Origin: Desulfobacterales bacterium
GTDB lineage: Bacteria; Desulfobacterota; Desulfobacteria; Desulfobacterales; JAIPEE01
DNA length: 64,000 nucleotides
Reading direction: 5' to 3'
Assembly: GCA_021737275.1 (NCBI GenBank)
Contig: JAIPEE010000018.1
Location: forward strand, 8,970-72,969
This document shows, piece by piece, positions 45,476 to 55,800 of this stretch. The position numbers and the translations under genes are program-made. A model generated the notes under the pieces. That model saw nothing but the letters and a program-made list of their open reading frames with translations, did not search any database and was not told where the DNA came from. Within the stretch, counting starts at the first letter, position 1; every line of letters starts with the position of its first letter.

Positions 45476-45667
45476 ATGAAATTTCCTGTTGTAGAACTTG
45501 ATCAGTGTATTCTCTGCGGTGTCTGTGAAGATGTATGTCCTGAAGTGTTTCATTTAAATGATAGTGGATATATAGAAGTAAAAGACCTTTCCGAATATCC
45601 GGAAAACGAAGTTGATGATGCTATAAAAAACTGCCCTGCTGATTGCATTGACTGGCAGGGCAGTTGA
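45476..45667 (+). CDS. Small [4Fe-4S]/[3Fe-4S] ferredoxin
   Basis: CILCGVCEDVCP ... CPADC occur in 63 aa. Confidence 0.8.
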   Translation: MKFPVVELDQCILCGVCEDVCPEVFHLNDSGYIEVKDLSEYPENEVDDAIKNCPADCIDWQGS

Positions 45668-45678
45668 ACTGTTATTAT

Positions 45679-46359
45679 ATGACAAACAATACTTTAAAAG
45701 GAAGACAACTTAAAAAGATTGTTTATCAGTCATTGAAACGCAACAATCCGGACGATCTGAAACCGTATCCCCCACGCCAGGTTGTCAACCCCCTTTTTTC
45801 CTTTCTATATAGCAATGAAGAGATCATTAAATGGCGGGCCATAACGGCAATGGGCATTGTTGTATCCGGTCTGGCCAATACAAATATTGAATCAGCGCGT
45901 GTTATCATGCGCCGCTTTTTGTGGAATCTGAATGATGAATCAGGCGGCATAGGCTGGGGTTCTCCTGAAGCTTTAGGTGAAATAATGGCACATCATCAAA
46001 AGCTTTCCGATGAATATTCCAATATTCTGATTTCATATATCAGGGAAGACGGTAATTATCTTGAGCATGAAGTGCTGCAATGCGGCGCTCTCTGGGGCGT
46101 TGGCCGCCTTGCCCGATTCCGCCCGGATCTTGTACAACAGGCCGAACCACATCTTATCCCGTTTCTGACATCAGCTATAAGGGCACATCGCGGATTAGCA
46201 GCATGGGCCATCAAACCGATCATAACGAATCTGTCAAAACCCTTTTTAAAAAAGCTGAAAAATGATACAGAAATAGTCACTGTATTTGAAAATAACCAGT
46301 TAAACAGATGGCCGATAAATCAGATCGTAAAATCAGATCATATCAACGTATCGGATTAG
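45679..46359 (+). CDS. Hypothetical soluble helical-repeat (HEAT-like) protein
   Basis: The ORF is about 226 aa and helix-rich (WRAITAMGIVV..., ALWGVGRLA...). No catalytic motif is recognised. The start is ATG 45679 or TTG 45664. Confidence 0.5.
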   Translation: MTNNTLKGRQLKKIVYQSLKRNNPDDLKPYPPRQVVNPLFSFLYSNEEIIKWRAITAMGIVVSGLANTNIESARVIMRRFLWNLNDESGGIGWGSPEALGEIMAHHQKLSDEYSNILISYIREDGNYLEHEVLQCGALWGVGRLARFRPDLVQQAEPHLIPFLTSAIRAHRGLAAWAIKPIITNLSKPFLKKLKNDTEIVTVFENNQLNRWPINQIVKSDHINVSD

Positions 46360-46391
46360 AATAATTTTTTTAAAAAACCGGAATTCTGAAC

Positions 46392-47474
46392 ATGGACCCT
46401 TTATCACTTATACCCTCACCTGATGCCCTGCCGGTATCTTATGGCTGGCTCAAGGCATTATTACTTTCAACCTTCACGCTTCATATCGTTTTTATGAATA
46501 TTATGGTCGGGTCATGTATTGTTGCACTCTTTTCAGGACAGGGCAAATACGATGCCGCTAATACCCCATCCGTACAGAATGACTTAACCGGAAAGTTGAC
46601 ATTTATCGTCGCCTTTACCATTAACCTGGGTGTAGCTCCGCTGCTTTTCCTGCAGGTCCTCTACGGCAACTTTTTTTACACCAGTTCTGTTTTAATGGCA
46701 TCTTACTGGCTTTCAGTAATCCCCTTGCTGATTATTGCATATTACAGTGTCTATATCAGCAAGATGAAATTTCAGTCTCCGGGACCCCGGTGGCGTTTTT
46801 TAATGTGGCTCACCACCGCTATCTTTCTTATTATCGGATTTCTGTTTTCTAGCAATATGACCATGATGCTTCGTCCGGACACCTGGTCTGCTTATTTCAG
46901 TGCACCTGGCGGCACCATATTAAATCTCGGTGACAAAACACTCTGGCCAAGATATCTCCACTTTATGACCGCTTCAATTGCAGCGGGCGGTCTTTTTTCG
47001 GCCTTTCTTGGAAACCAAAGACTTAAAAAAGGCCTGGCGGGCAACGATAAAAGAATAGCTGCCGGCATGAAGTGGTTTACCCATGCCACCATGCTCCAGC
47101 TAGTAATCGGTACCTGGTTTCTCATGAGTCTGCCTTCACATATTAGCCGCCAGTTCATAGGTGGCAATACAACAGCTACGATTTTATTTACTTTAGGCTT
47201 TGCAGCTGCAATAGTTGCCATTTTTTTCGGATACAAGAAGAAAGTCCGGCTGTCATCGGTAATGTTTCTCATCACCGTGATTCTGATGGTATTGATGCGA
47301 GATCTTCTCAGAACAGCATTTCTGAAACCGTATATATCCCTGAGCGATATTCCTGTAACAAATGACTATTTACCCATGTTTATTTTTATAATATCGCTTG
47401 TCATCGGTATTGGTGTGATGGTTTATATGTTGCGGTTAACAGCAACAGCCGTGAAAAAACAGCAAAATATGTAA
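46392..47474 (+). CDS. Polytopic membrane protein, possible bd-like partner subunit
   Basis: The ORF is 360 aa with about 8-9 hydrophobic segments. The first helix carries His (FTLHIVFMNIMVG), and LGVAPLLFLQVLYG echoes the CydA block LGIVTGITLEFQFG. The similarity is weak. Confidence 0.5.
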   Translation: MDPLSLIPSPDALPVSYGWLKALLLSTFTLHIVFMNIMVGSCIVALFSGQGKYDAANTPSVQNDLTGKLTFIVAFTINLGVAPLLFLQVLYGNFFYTSSVLMASYWLSVIPLLIIAYYSVYISKMKFQSPGPRWRFLMWLTTAIFLIIGFLFSSNMTMMLRPDTWSAYFSAPGGTILNLGDKTLWPRYLHFMTASIAAGGLFSAFLGNQRLKKGLAGNDKRIAAGMKWFTHATMLQLVIGTWFLMSLPSHISRQFIGGNTTATILFTLGFAAAIVAIFFGYKKKVRLSSVMFLITVILMVLMRDLLRTAFLKPYISLSDIPVTNDYLPMFIFIISLVIGIGVMVYMLRLTATAVKKQQNM

Positions 47475-47482
47475 TTTTTTTT

Positions 47483-47518
47483 CTTAATCGTACACTTAAT
47501 CATAATCTTAATCGGTTC
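47483..47518. repeat. 3 x 12-bp imperfect tandem repeat (CTTAATC core)
   Basis: The units are cttaatcgtaca / cttaatcataat / cttaatcggttc, starting at 47483, 47495 and 47507. They lie in the 115-nt gap between the two bd-like genes. Confidence 0.6.
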
Positions 47519-47589
47519 TTAAAAAACTGTGATTACGGGTACGGTCAAGATTCTGATCAAAAACGACTAATATAACTTTGGACGATACT

Positions 47590-50226
47590 ATGAATTATCC
47601 GGTCTGGGACCTTTCAACATTCGGTGGCGGTTTTTGGATAGCATTTATTGCTGTCATTCATGTTTATGTTGCTCACTTTGCCGTTGGCGGTGGTTTTTTC
47701 CTTGTAATCACGGAAATGTGGGCAGCACGTGAAGACAGCTCTGAAATACTTGCCTATGTCAAAAAACATACGCAGTTTTTCCTTTTATTATCTGTAGTTT
47801 TTGGCGCTGTAACAGGTGTCGGAATCTGGTTTACCATCTCCCTGCTCAGCCCTGCCGGCACTTCTTCTTTGATTCATACCTTTGTTTTTGCCTTTGCTAC
47901 GGAGTGGGTCTTTTTTCTGGGTGAAATTATAGCCATTTTTATCTATTATTATACGTTTGATAAAATGGCTCCCAAACAACATCAGTTTATCGGGTGGTGT
48001 TATGTCGGTTTTGGCTGGCTTTCACTTTTTACCATAAACGGCATTGTCTCTTTTATGCTGACGCCCGGCGACTGGCTCACAACACATAATTTTTGGGATG
48101 CATTCTTCAATCCTACATTTTCACCGGCGCTGTTTTTCAGAACATTTATGGCATTAATGCTTGCCGGACTTTTTGGGTTTGTGACGTCTGTCTATATAAA
48201 GGGGAAACCTCTTCGGGACAAAATGCTCAAGTATTGTGCCGTATGGCTGATTCTTCCGATGATATTACTTGTTCTTTCTGCTTTCTGGTATGCGGCTGCG
48301 CTTCCGGAAGCTCAAACGGAAATGATGTTCAGTTTATCACCTGAAATCATGCCGTTTTTGAAACTGTTTACCTGGCTGACACCTGTCATTATGCTGACAG
48401 CCATATTTTTGGCCATACGGTTTTTTCCTGTTTCACTTAAAAAAGTAACCGCTTTTTGCCTGATCATAATGGGTCTTTTATATATGGGTTCATTTGAATG
48501 GATGCGGGAAGCAGCCAGAAAACCGTATATTATTTTCGGATACACATTTTCAAATTCCATTAATACGGCAGATTTAGAAGCTGTTACAAAAACCGGCATT
48601 CTAAAATCAGCCCGATGGGTCTCTCATAAAGAGATTACACCGGAAAATCAAATGACGGCAGGCCAGGAGATATTCAGACTGATGTGCAGTCCATGCCACT
48701 CTGTCGGGGGGCCGATAAATGATATTCTTCCCGTTACAAAAAAATACCCGGTTTTTGCAATGGATGCCATGATCAACGGCATGGGCAAAATTGATACTTA
48801 CATGCCCATATTTCCCGGCACTAAAATTGAAAGAGAAGCCCTCGCAGCCTATATTGTAAAAGGGCTTCATGACAGGCCGGATGAAAAAACACCGCCTGAA
48901 CCGAACACGCTTGTCGCAGAAAAGATACCGCCATTTAATGCGGACAAAGATGAATATATTCTCCTTGCATGGAATAACACCGGCATGCAGACGATTTCAG
49001 ACAGCGACCCGTTCTGGTCCATTCAACCGCCGGGAAATACGATCTATGCCCAGTTGATCCGAAGAGGTGAACTTCCGGAACTAGTGACAGATGATGTTAT
49101 TATTGAATACAGTGCGCCGCCTGAGTTTGCGTTTCCGGCCAGACATGTTTCTTTCTGGAGCTATGCGGAATCACTCTTTGGCAAAACACCCCAACTTGAT
49201 ACCGGCTTAACCGGGAACGGTCTTAAAGGCGAAATGGCGCCACACCCATCGGAGAATGCCTTTATCGCAGAGATGGTTCCTGTAGTACCCTATCCGGAAA
49301 ACGCTGTATACAATCCCTATCCTGTTTTTACAGTAACCGCTCGGGAAGCTGATTCCGGAGATATTCTTGCAACTGCAAAAACGGTTGTACCGGTCTCTAC
49401 GGAAATGGGGTGCAGAAATTGTCACAATGGTAATTGGCGAATTGATGATCGCACCGGCATAGGGGCTGTCACCTCATCTGATATACTTGCGGTACATGAT
49501 GAAAAAACCGGAACAACGCTGCTTGAACAGGCAGAGAATGGCTCACCCAAAGCATGTAAATCCTGTCATACGCCGGATGATCCGAAAATATTGAACCTTT
49601 CGGCATCCATTCATGGTTTCCATGCCAATTACCTTGCCGGTATGGGTGATGCGGCCTGTCATACGTGCCACCCGTCATCACCGGATGGTGCGACAAGGAG
49701 CTTCAGGGGTTTTCATAACAGTATGGATTTTTCATGCTCAAGTTGCCATGGCCGTATGGAAGACCATGCCCTGGCTCTTCTGATTAATGAAAAAAAGACA
49801 GGAAAGGAAAGGGCCGAAACACTTTTAAAATATCTTTCCCCGAAAGCGGTAAAAAAGATATCTGAAATCAACCCGAGAAAGCCCTGGGTAAATGAACCGG
49901 ATTGTCTGCACTGTCATATTAATTTTGAGATGCCGGATACCGATGAAGTAGAAATTAACAGCCGGACCACATCTGAATCCGGGCTGTTCCGTAACCGGAC
50001 AGATGATGCCGGCATTATGTGTGCCGCCTGTCACGGTATCACCCATGCGGTTTATCCGGCAGAAAACCCGTTCAGTTCAAACAGGGATGTTCTGCAGCCC
50101 ATGCAGTACCAGGGCAATGCTTACCCGATAGGTGCCAATAAAAACTGCCGTTTATGCCATACCATAGATATGGAAGATGAAATGCATCATCCCAATACAT
50201 TGACAATGTTCAGGAACACATATTGA
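47590..50226 (+). CDS. Cytochrome bd subunit-I-like membrane domain fused to a monohaem and a heptahaem c-type cytochrome region
   Basis: The N-terminal ~330 aa is colinear with the window's own CydA: AVIHVYVAHF vs ATMFHFLFVP, FGAVTGVGIWF vs LGIVTGITLEF, and ATEWVFFLGE vs IEATASFFLE. CSPCH follows at 48685-48699, then seven CXXCH between 49411 and 50160. ATG 47590 is preferred over TTG 47578. Confidence 0.75.
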   Translation: MNYPVWDLSTFGGGFWIAFIAVIHVYVAHFAVGGGFFLVITEMWAAREDSSEILAYVKKHTQFFLLLSVVFGAVTGVGIWFTISLLSPAGTSSLIHTFVFAFATEWVFFLGEIIAIFIYYYTFDKMAPKQHQFIGWCYVGFGWLSLFTINGIVSFMLTPGDWLTTHNFWDAFFNPTFSPALFFRTFMALMLAGLFGFVTSVYIKGKPLRDKMLKYCAVWLILPMILLVLSAFWYAAALPEAQTEMMFSLSPEIMPFLKLFTWLTPVIMLTAIFLAIRFFPVSLKKVTAFCLIIMGLLYMGSFEWMREAARKPYIIFGYTFSNSINTADLEAVTKTGILKSARWVSHKEITPENQMTAGQEIFRLMCSPCHSVGGPINDILPVTKKYPVFAMDAMINGMGKIDTYMPIFPGTKIEREALAAYIVKGLHDRPDEKTPPEPNTLVAEKIPPFNADKDEYILLAWNNTGMQTISDSDPFWSIQPPGNTIYAQLIRRGELPELVTDDVIIEYSAPPEFAFPARHVSFWSYAESLFGKTPQLDTGLTGNGLKGEMAPHPSENAFIAEMVPVVPYPENAVYNPYPVFTVTAREADSGDILATAKTVVPVSTEMGCRNCHNGNWRIDDRTGIGAVTSSDILAVHDEKTGTTLLEQAENGSPKACKSCHTPDDPKILNLSASIHGFHANYLAGMGDAACHTCHPSSPDGATRSFRGFHNSMDFSCSSCHGRMEDHALALLINEKKTGKERAETLLKYLSPKAVKKISEINPRKPWVNEPDCLHCHINFEMPDTDEVEINSRTTSESGLFRNRTDDAGIMCAACHGITHAVYPAENPFSSNRDVLQPMQYQGNAYPIGANKNCRLCHTIDMEDEMHHPNTLTMFRNTY

Positions 50227-50240
50227 GGTAAAAATTAAAA

Positions 50241-51722
50241 ATGAAAATCAAGCGTAACTGGATTTTTCACCTGACCCTTATGACTGCTTCCGCACTATTG
50301 ATACAAGGGTGCGTCTATCCAAAAAACCATACCTACGAAAGTATTCAAAAAGAATATGCGGATATTATCTGTAACATAACACCTACGGATGATATGGTTG
50401 CCGCGCAGGACGGCTGTATAATGGATAAAAAAATATCGCTTCGTGAAGCTGTATCCATAGCCATTTCAAATAACCCTGACAGTAAAATAGCGGTTTCCCG
50501 CATCATGCAGGCCTATGCATCACTTGAAAAAACCAATGCGCCGTTCCTCCCTGCTATCGGTTTTTATACGGAATATATGCAGGGTGATTCGCCATCCGCC
50601 TATCTTTTTAAAACAGTAGACCGGAGAGAACTGCCGGCAGCAGCTGATTTTAATTATCCCGGCTGGTTTGAAAACTATGAAACAGGCGTCAATGTTCGCA
50701 TGAATCTGTATAAAGGTGGAAAGGACATCATGAATCACCGAATGGCCGAACGCGAACTTGAAGCAATGCAGTATGACCGCCGGCGTGTTGAAAATGAACT
50801 GATCACAGCGGTTATTCATTCCTATTACAATTGCCTCTCAGCAAAAAAGTTTGTCGATATCGCCATTGAATCTGTTGAAACGGTTGAGTCCCAGCTCAAG
50901 GTTATGACGGTTCGTTATAATGCCGGTGGTGCGCTCAGGTCGGATATACTCACACTGGATGTACGACTTGCAGAGGCTATGGAGGAATCGGTAAGGAGTA
51001 AAAATAATTTGGAAATTTCCATGGCGGTTCTGGCCAATGTTTTAGGCGCCGACCCGGACAGCAGGATTTTGCTTTCGGAAGAAAACACCTGTCTTCTAAC
51101 CGTACCGGAAGATTATGATGCCGGCATTACGCATGCGCTTCTGTACCGGCCTGAACTGAACAAACTCAGGGCACACCTCAGGCAATCAAGAATTGCGCTG
51201 GATGCAGCCAAAACCGATTACTATCCCACGGTTGATTTTGAGACAAGATACTATTTTGATGATGAAAACATGAACTATGATCGTGATAAGGATAACTGGA
51301 CGGCCGGCATTCTTCTGAACTGGGATATTTTCACAGGTTTCAGCACGGTTTCTGATACAAAAAAGGCGGAAGCCGTTGTCGAAGAATTGCTGGCCGCAGA
51401 TCGGAAAACCGGGCTGGATATCAAGCTGGATGTAAAAACAGCATATCTGAAGCTTGACGGCGCTACAGCTCGGCTTAATGTCGCCAAGCGTAGTGTCGCC
51501 ATGGCAGAAGAGTCGCTGAAGCTTGTTAAACAGCAATATGAGGGCGGATCTGCAACGATAACCCGCTATCTCGAAGCTGAGCTGGACAATAACCGGTCAA
51601 AAATCAGAGCAACGGCAGCCTTTTATGACAGGGAAAAAGCCCTGGCCGACGTCGGCAGGGCAATCGGATTCTGGTCAAAACCATTCACATCAGAACAGGA
51701 CAGCCAAAATGAAGTTGAATAA
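50241..51722 (+). CDS. Efflux transporter outer-membrane lipoprotein (TolC/NodT family)
   Basis: The lipobox is LIQGC. There are two OEP repeats with typical coiled regions, in 493 aa. Confidence 0.8.
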   Translation: MKIKRNWIFHLTLMTASALLIQGCVYPKNHTYESIQKEYADIICNITPTDDMVAAQDGCIMDKKISLREAVSIAISNNPDSKIAVSRIMQAYASLEKTNAPFLPAIGFYTEYMQGDSPSAYLFKTVDRRELPAAADFNYPGWFENYETGVNVRMNLYKGGKDIMNHRMAERELEAMQYDRRRVENELITAVIHSYYNCLSAKKFVDIAIESVETVESQLKVMTVRYNAGGALRSDILTLDVRLAEAMEESVRSKNNLEISMAVLANVLGADPDSRILLSEENTCLLTVPEDYDAGITHALLYRPELNKLRAHLRQSRIALDAAKTDYYPTVDFETRYYFDDENMNYDRDKDNWTAGILLNWDIFTGFSTVSDTKKAEAVVEELLAADRKTGLDIKLDVKTAYLKLDGATARLNVAKRSVAMAEESLKLVKQQYEGGSATITRYLEAELDNNRSKIRATAAFYDREKALADVGRAIGFWSKPFTSEQDSQNEVE

Positions 51723-52848
51723 AAGATTAATTCTTATAAGTGCCGCAATCGGAATTGGCGTTATTCTTATTGTCATGTTTGTTGTCTCATCCTTCAAGAT
51801 CTCTCCCGGGCTTGAAAAAGTGTCGGGAATTAAGAGAGATATTCCTTCAAATACGGCCCGTGCCGAAATAAAAACTATAACGGAATGGTATGAAGCCGTC
51901 GGTACGGTTCGCCCCCATACGGAAATCAGAATTGAAGCACAGGTAACGGCACAGGTGACGGATGTAAAAGTCAATCATGGCGACAAGGTGGAAAAAAATC
52001 AACTCCTTGTCGTCCTTGACAGTCGGCAGTTTCTTTCCAGACTGGATCAGGCCAGGGAGGGATTGAAAATAGCTAATGCTGCAAAGAAAAAGGCTTCACA
52101 GGCAAAGATTTCAGCACAGGCTGCTATGTCAGAGGCAGCGTCAGCATATAAAAGAACAAAAACCTATTTTGAATCACAGGCGGCAACCGCCCAGGATCTT
52201 GAACAGTCAGAATCCGCATTTCTTCAGGCACAAGCCGGTTTGAATCAGGCCGAAGAGTCACTAACGGCAACTGCAGCCGGAATTCGCCACGCAGAAGAAG
52301 TCATCAAGGAAGCGGAATTTGCTTTAGAATATACAAAAATCAAAGCACCTGAAACCGGTGAAGTTTTAAAACGTCTGGTCGAACCGGGGGACCTGGCCCT
52401 GCCGGGCAAGCCGCTGGTTATATTGCAGGCCAGTGGTGCATTGCGCCTTGAAGCAAATGTTCGGGAAGGCATGATCTCCCAAATTGGCCCCGGCACAAAA
52501 CTCCAGGCTTCCATTGATCCGCAAGATGACAATATTGATGTCACGGTCGAAGAGATAGTGCCTTATGCCGATCCGGAAACCCGCACATTTATCGTAAAGG
52601 TCTCTCTGCCCATGGATATCGGCCTCTACCCCGGCATGTATGGTAAGCTTCTGATTCCGGTAGAAGAGGTACGGATAGTAGCCATTCCGCAAAGTGCGGT
52701 TAAGCAGATTGGCCAACTGGAACTTGTTTCCGTTAAGGTGGATGAAATTTGGACAATCCGATATATCAAAACCGGAAAAAAAATTGACGGTCTGGTAGAA
52801 GTACTTTCCGGTTTGAGCGGTAATGAAATCATAGGGCTGGAGGGATGA
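51709..52848 (+). CDS. Efflux RND periplasmic adaptor (MFP/HlyD family)
   Basis: I chose ATG 51709 (MKLNKRLILISAAIG..., a TM anchor), which overlaps the upstream stop codon. Coiled-coil hairpin, lipoyl and beta-barrel motifs are present. Confidence 0.8.
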   Translation: MKLNKRLILISAAIGIGVILIVMFVVSSFKISPGLEKVSGIKRDIPSNTARAEIKTITEWYEAVGTVRPHTEIRIEAQVTAQVTDVKVNHGDKVEKNQLLVVLDSRQFLSRLDQAREGLKIANAAKKKASQAKISAQAAMSEAASAYKRTKTYFESQAATAQDLEQSESAFLQAQAGLNQAEESLTATAAGIRHAEEVIKEAEFALEYTKIKAPETGEVLKRLVEPGDLALPGKPLVILQASGALRLEANVREGMISQIGPGTKLQASIDPQDDNIDVTVEEIVPYADPETRTFIVKVSLPMDIGLYPGMYGKLLIPVEEVRIVAIPQSAVKQIGQLELVSVKVDEIWTIRYIKTGKKIDGLVEVLSGLSGNEIIGLEG

Positions 52849-52852
52849 GGAC

Positions 52853-55800
52853 ATGACCCTTCTTAAGTCCATTGTTGCCGGTTTCCTGAATTCAAGACTC
52901 TCCATCATCCTGATTATCGCTTCACTTTGTCTGGGCATAGCTGCCGTAATGATAACACCAAGGGAAGAGGAGCCCCAGATTGTAGTTCCACTGGCAGATG
53001 TTTATATCTATGCACCCGGTGCCGGCGCCGGCGAAATTGAAAAACTGGTTGCCACACCCCTTGAAAGACTGCTGTGGCAAATAGATGGTGTGGAATATGT
53101 ATACTCCATGTCACGGCAGGATATGGCAATTGTCACTGTCCGGTTTTTCGTTGGTGAGGACAGAGAAAATTCTCTGGTAAAACTTCACAACAAAATTTCC
53201 ATGAATATTGACAGTGCACCGCCCATTGTTTCCGGCTGGGTGATAAAACCTGTTGAAATTGATGACGTCCCGATAACTAATATTACGCTTTATGCAGAGC
53301 AATACAATGACCATGAACTCCGTAGAATTGGCGAAGAGGTTCTTTCAAGGCTTTCAAGTATTGAAGATATATCCAGAGTAAATATCATCGGCGGTCGAAA
53401 ACGCGAAATACTGGTCGAACTCATTCCGGAAAAGCTTTCCGGATACGGCATCTCAATTAATGAAGTTCAGCAGGTTCTCCGGGGCGCAGATGTTTCAGTT
53501 TATGCCGGGAGCTTTTCCCGATTTAACAAGGAACATGAAGTCATCAGCCACTCTTTTTTATCTTCTGCCGGTGATGTATCAGCGCTTATGGTTGGCGTTA
53601 AAGGGGATCGGCCCGTATACCTTCGGGATATTGCATCTGTAACGGATGGGCCCGAAGAGATGAAAAGCTATTCTCATATCGGCCACTCCTATTACTTTCG
53701 TAAAACCCATAACATTGAAAATGAACCGTTGTCTTATCCGGCAGTAACCCTTGCGCTGGCCAAGAAAAAAGGTACCAATGCCGTTACGGTTTCGCGTAAT
53801 ATTATTAAGGAATTGGAGATACTTAAGAAAACAATTATTCCTGACAGTGTAAAAGTTGAAATCACCCGAAATTATGGTGAAACAGCCCAGCAGAAGGTAA
53901 ACGGCCTTTTAGGATCACTTGCATTTGCCATTGTTTCGGTTGTTATCCTGCTGGCGTTGACGCTCGGCTGGCGTGAAGCGGTAGTGGTTGCACTGGCTGT
54001 TCCCATCAGCTTCTCGCTTGCCCTTTTTGTCAATTACCTTTTCGGCTATACCATTAACCGGGTAACCCTGTTTGCCCTGATTCTCTCTCTGGGCCTGGTT
54101 GTCGATGATCCGATTACCAATGTTGACAATATCCAGCGTCATATTCTGACCGGTGCAAGGAACTCTGTTGAGGCAACACTTTTTGCCGTTGGCGAAGTAC
54201 TTCCGCCGGTAATCATGTCCACCCTGGCTATTATTATCTGTTTTATTCCCCTCTTCTTTATAACCGGCATGATGGGACCCTATATGGCGCCCATGGCGTC
54301 AATGGTTCCTGTAACGGTTGTTTTCTCCACTTTCTGTGCATTAACCATTGTCCCGTGGCTGACACATCTGCTTTTAAAAAATAAAAGTAAAACGGGAGTT
54401 ACCGGCTCAAAACAAAATAAGCCGGAAAATTCAGCCATCCACAAAATTTACAGAAAGATTGTTGATCCTTTTCTGGAATCAAGTCAAAAGAGAAAAGCCC
54501 TCTTTTTAACGGTTATCGGGCTCTTAATTGTACCTATTCTTCTGGCTGTTGTAAGACTTGTACCTTTAAAAATGCTGCCGTTTGATAACAAGAACGAGTT
54601 TCAGGTTATTATTGATATGCCCGAAGGTACAACCCTTGAACATACCGGCATGGTCGTTCAGGATTTTGAAAACTACCTCAGGCAAATCAGGGAAGTAACT
54701 AATTTTGTCTCCTATGTCGGCACTGCATCACCCATCGATTTCAATGGCCTTGTCAGACATTACTATCTGAGAAACAGCGGACACCTTGCCGATATCCGGG
54801 TCAACCTGGTAGATAAAAGTCAGCGCAAGCAGCAGAGTCATGGAATTGTACTTCGTATCCGTAAGGATCTTGAGCAGCTCGCATTAAAGCACAATGCATC
54901 CATCAAGCTTGTTGAAGTACCGCCGGGGCCACCTGTGTTATCGACCATTGTAACGGAAATATATGGTGAACCGGATCGCTCCTATGAGCAGTTGATTGAA
55001 GGCGCGGATCATATCAAAAAAATCATGGCGGATGAGCCTTTTCTGGTTGATATTGATGACTCCTCTGAAGAACCCCGGTCCAGAATCAACTTTATACTGG
55101 ATAAGGAAAAAGCAGCACTTCATGGTGTAACCGCCCAGACAATTATTACCTCTTTACAAATTGCGCTGGGCGGCTCAACGGTAGCAACCGTTCATGCACC
55201 CGGAGAACGCCAACCGCTTATGGTTAAAACAATTCTTCCGGTCGATAAGCGATCCGGCGTTACAGCCCTAAAACAGATACCGGTCAAAACAATGTCCGGA
55301 AGCCTGGTGCCGCTAGCCGAGCTTGTGCGGATTGACTATTCTTCTGAAGATCAGCCCATCTATCACAAAAACCTTAAACGTGTTGTTTTTGTTTATGGCG
55401 AAATGGCCGGGCGGGCACCTGGTGAAGCCGTTCTTGATATGCAGAAACGGTTAAAAAATGATCCTTTGCCGAAAGGATTGGTGGCGGAATGGGCCGGTGA
55501 AGGAGAATGGAAAATTACACTGAGTGTATTCCGGGATATGGGCATTGCATTTGCAGCCGCACTTTTAGGTATATATATTCTCCTGATTCTGACAACCAAT
55601 TCTTTTTTCATGCCCGTGCTGATCATGATGGCTATTCCCCTGACGTTGATCGGTGCTATGCCGGGATTCTGGCTGCTTAACCTTATTACCGGCAATACGG
55701 TTGGCGGATTTTCAAACCCGGTATTTTTTACGGCTACCGGTATGATCGGAATGATTGCCCTTGGCGGCATTGTTATACGAAACTCGCTGGTACTGATTGA

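Noticed and set aside
52366-52938. A 190-aa minus-strand ORF inside the RND adaptor and pump genes.
   Set aside because: It is antisense to well-supported efflux genes and has no motif support.
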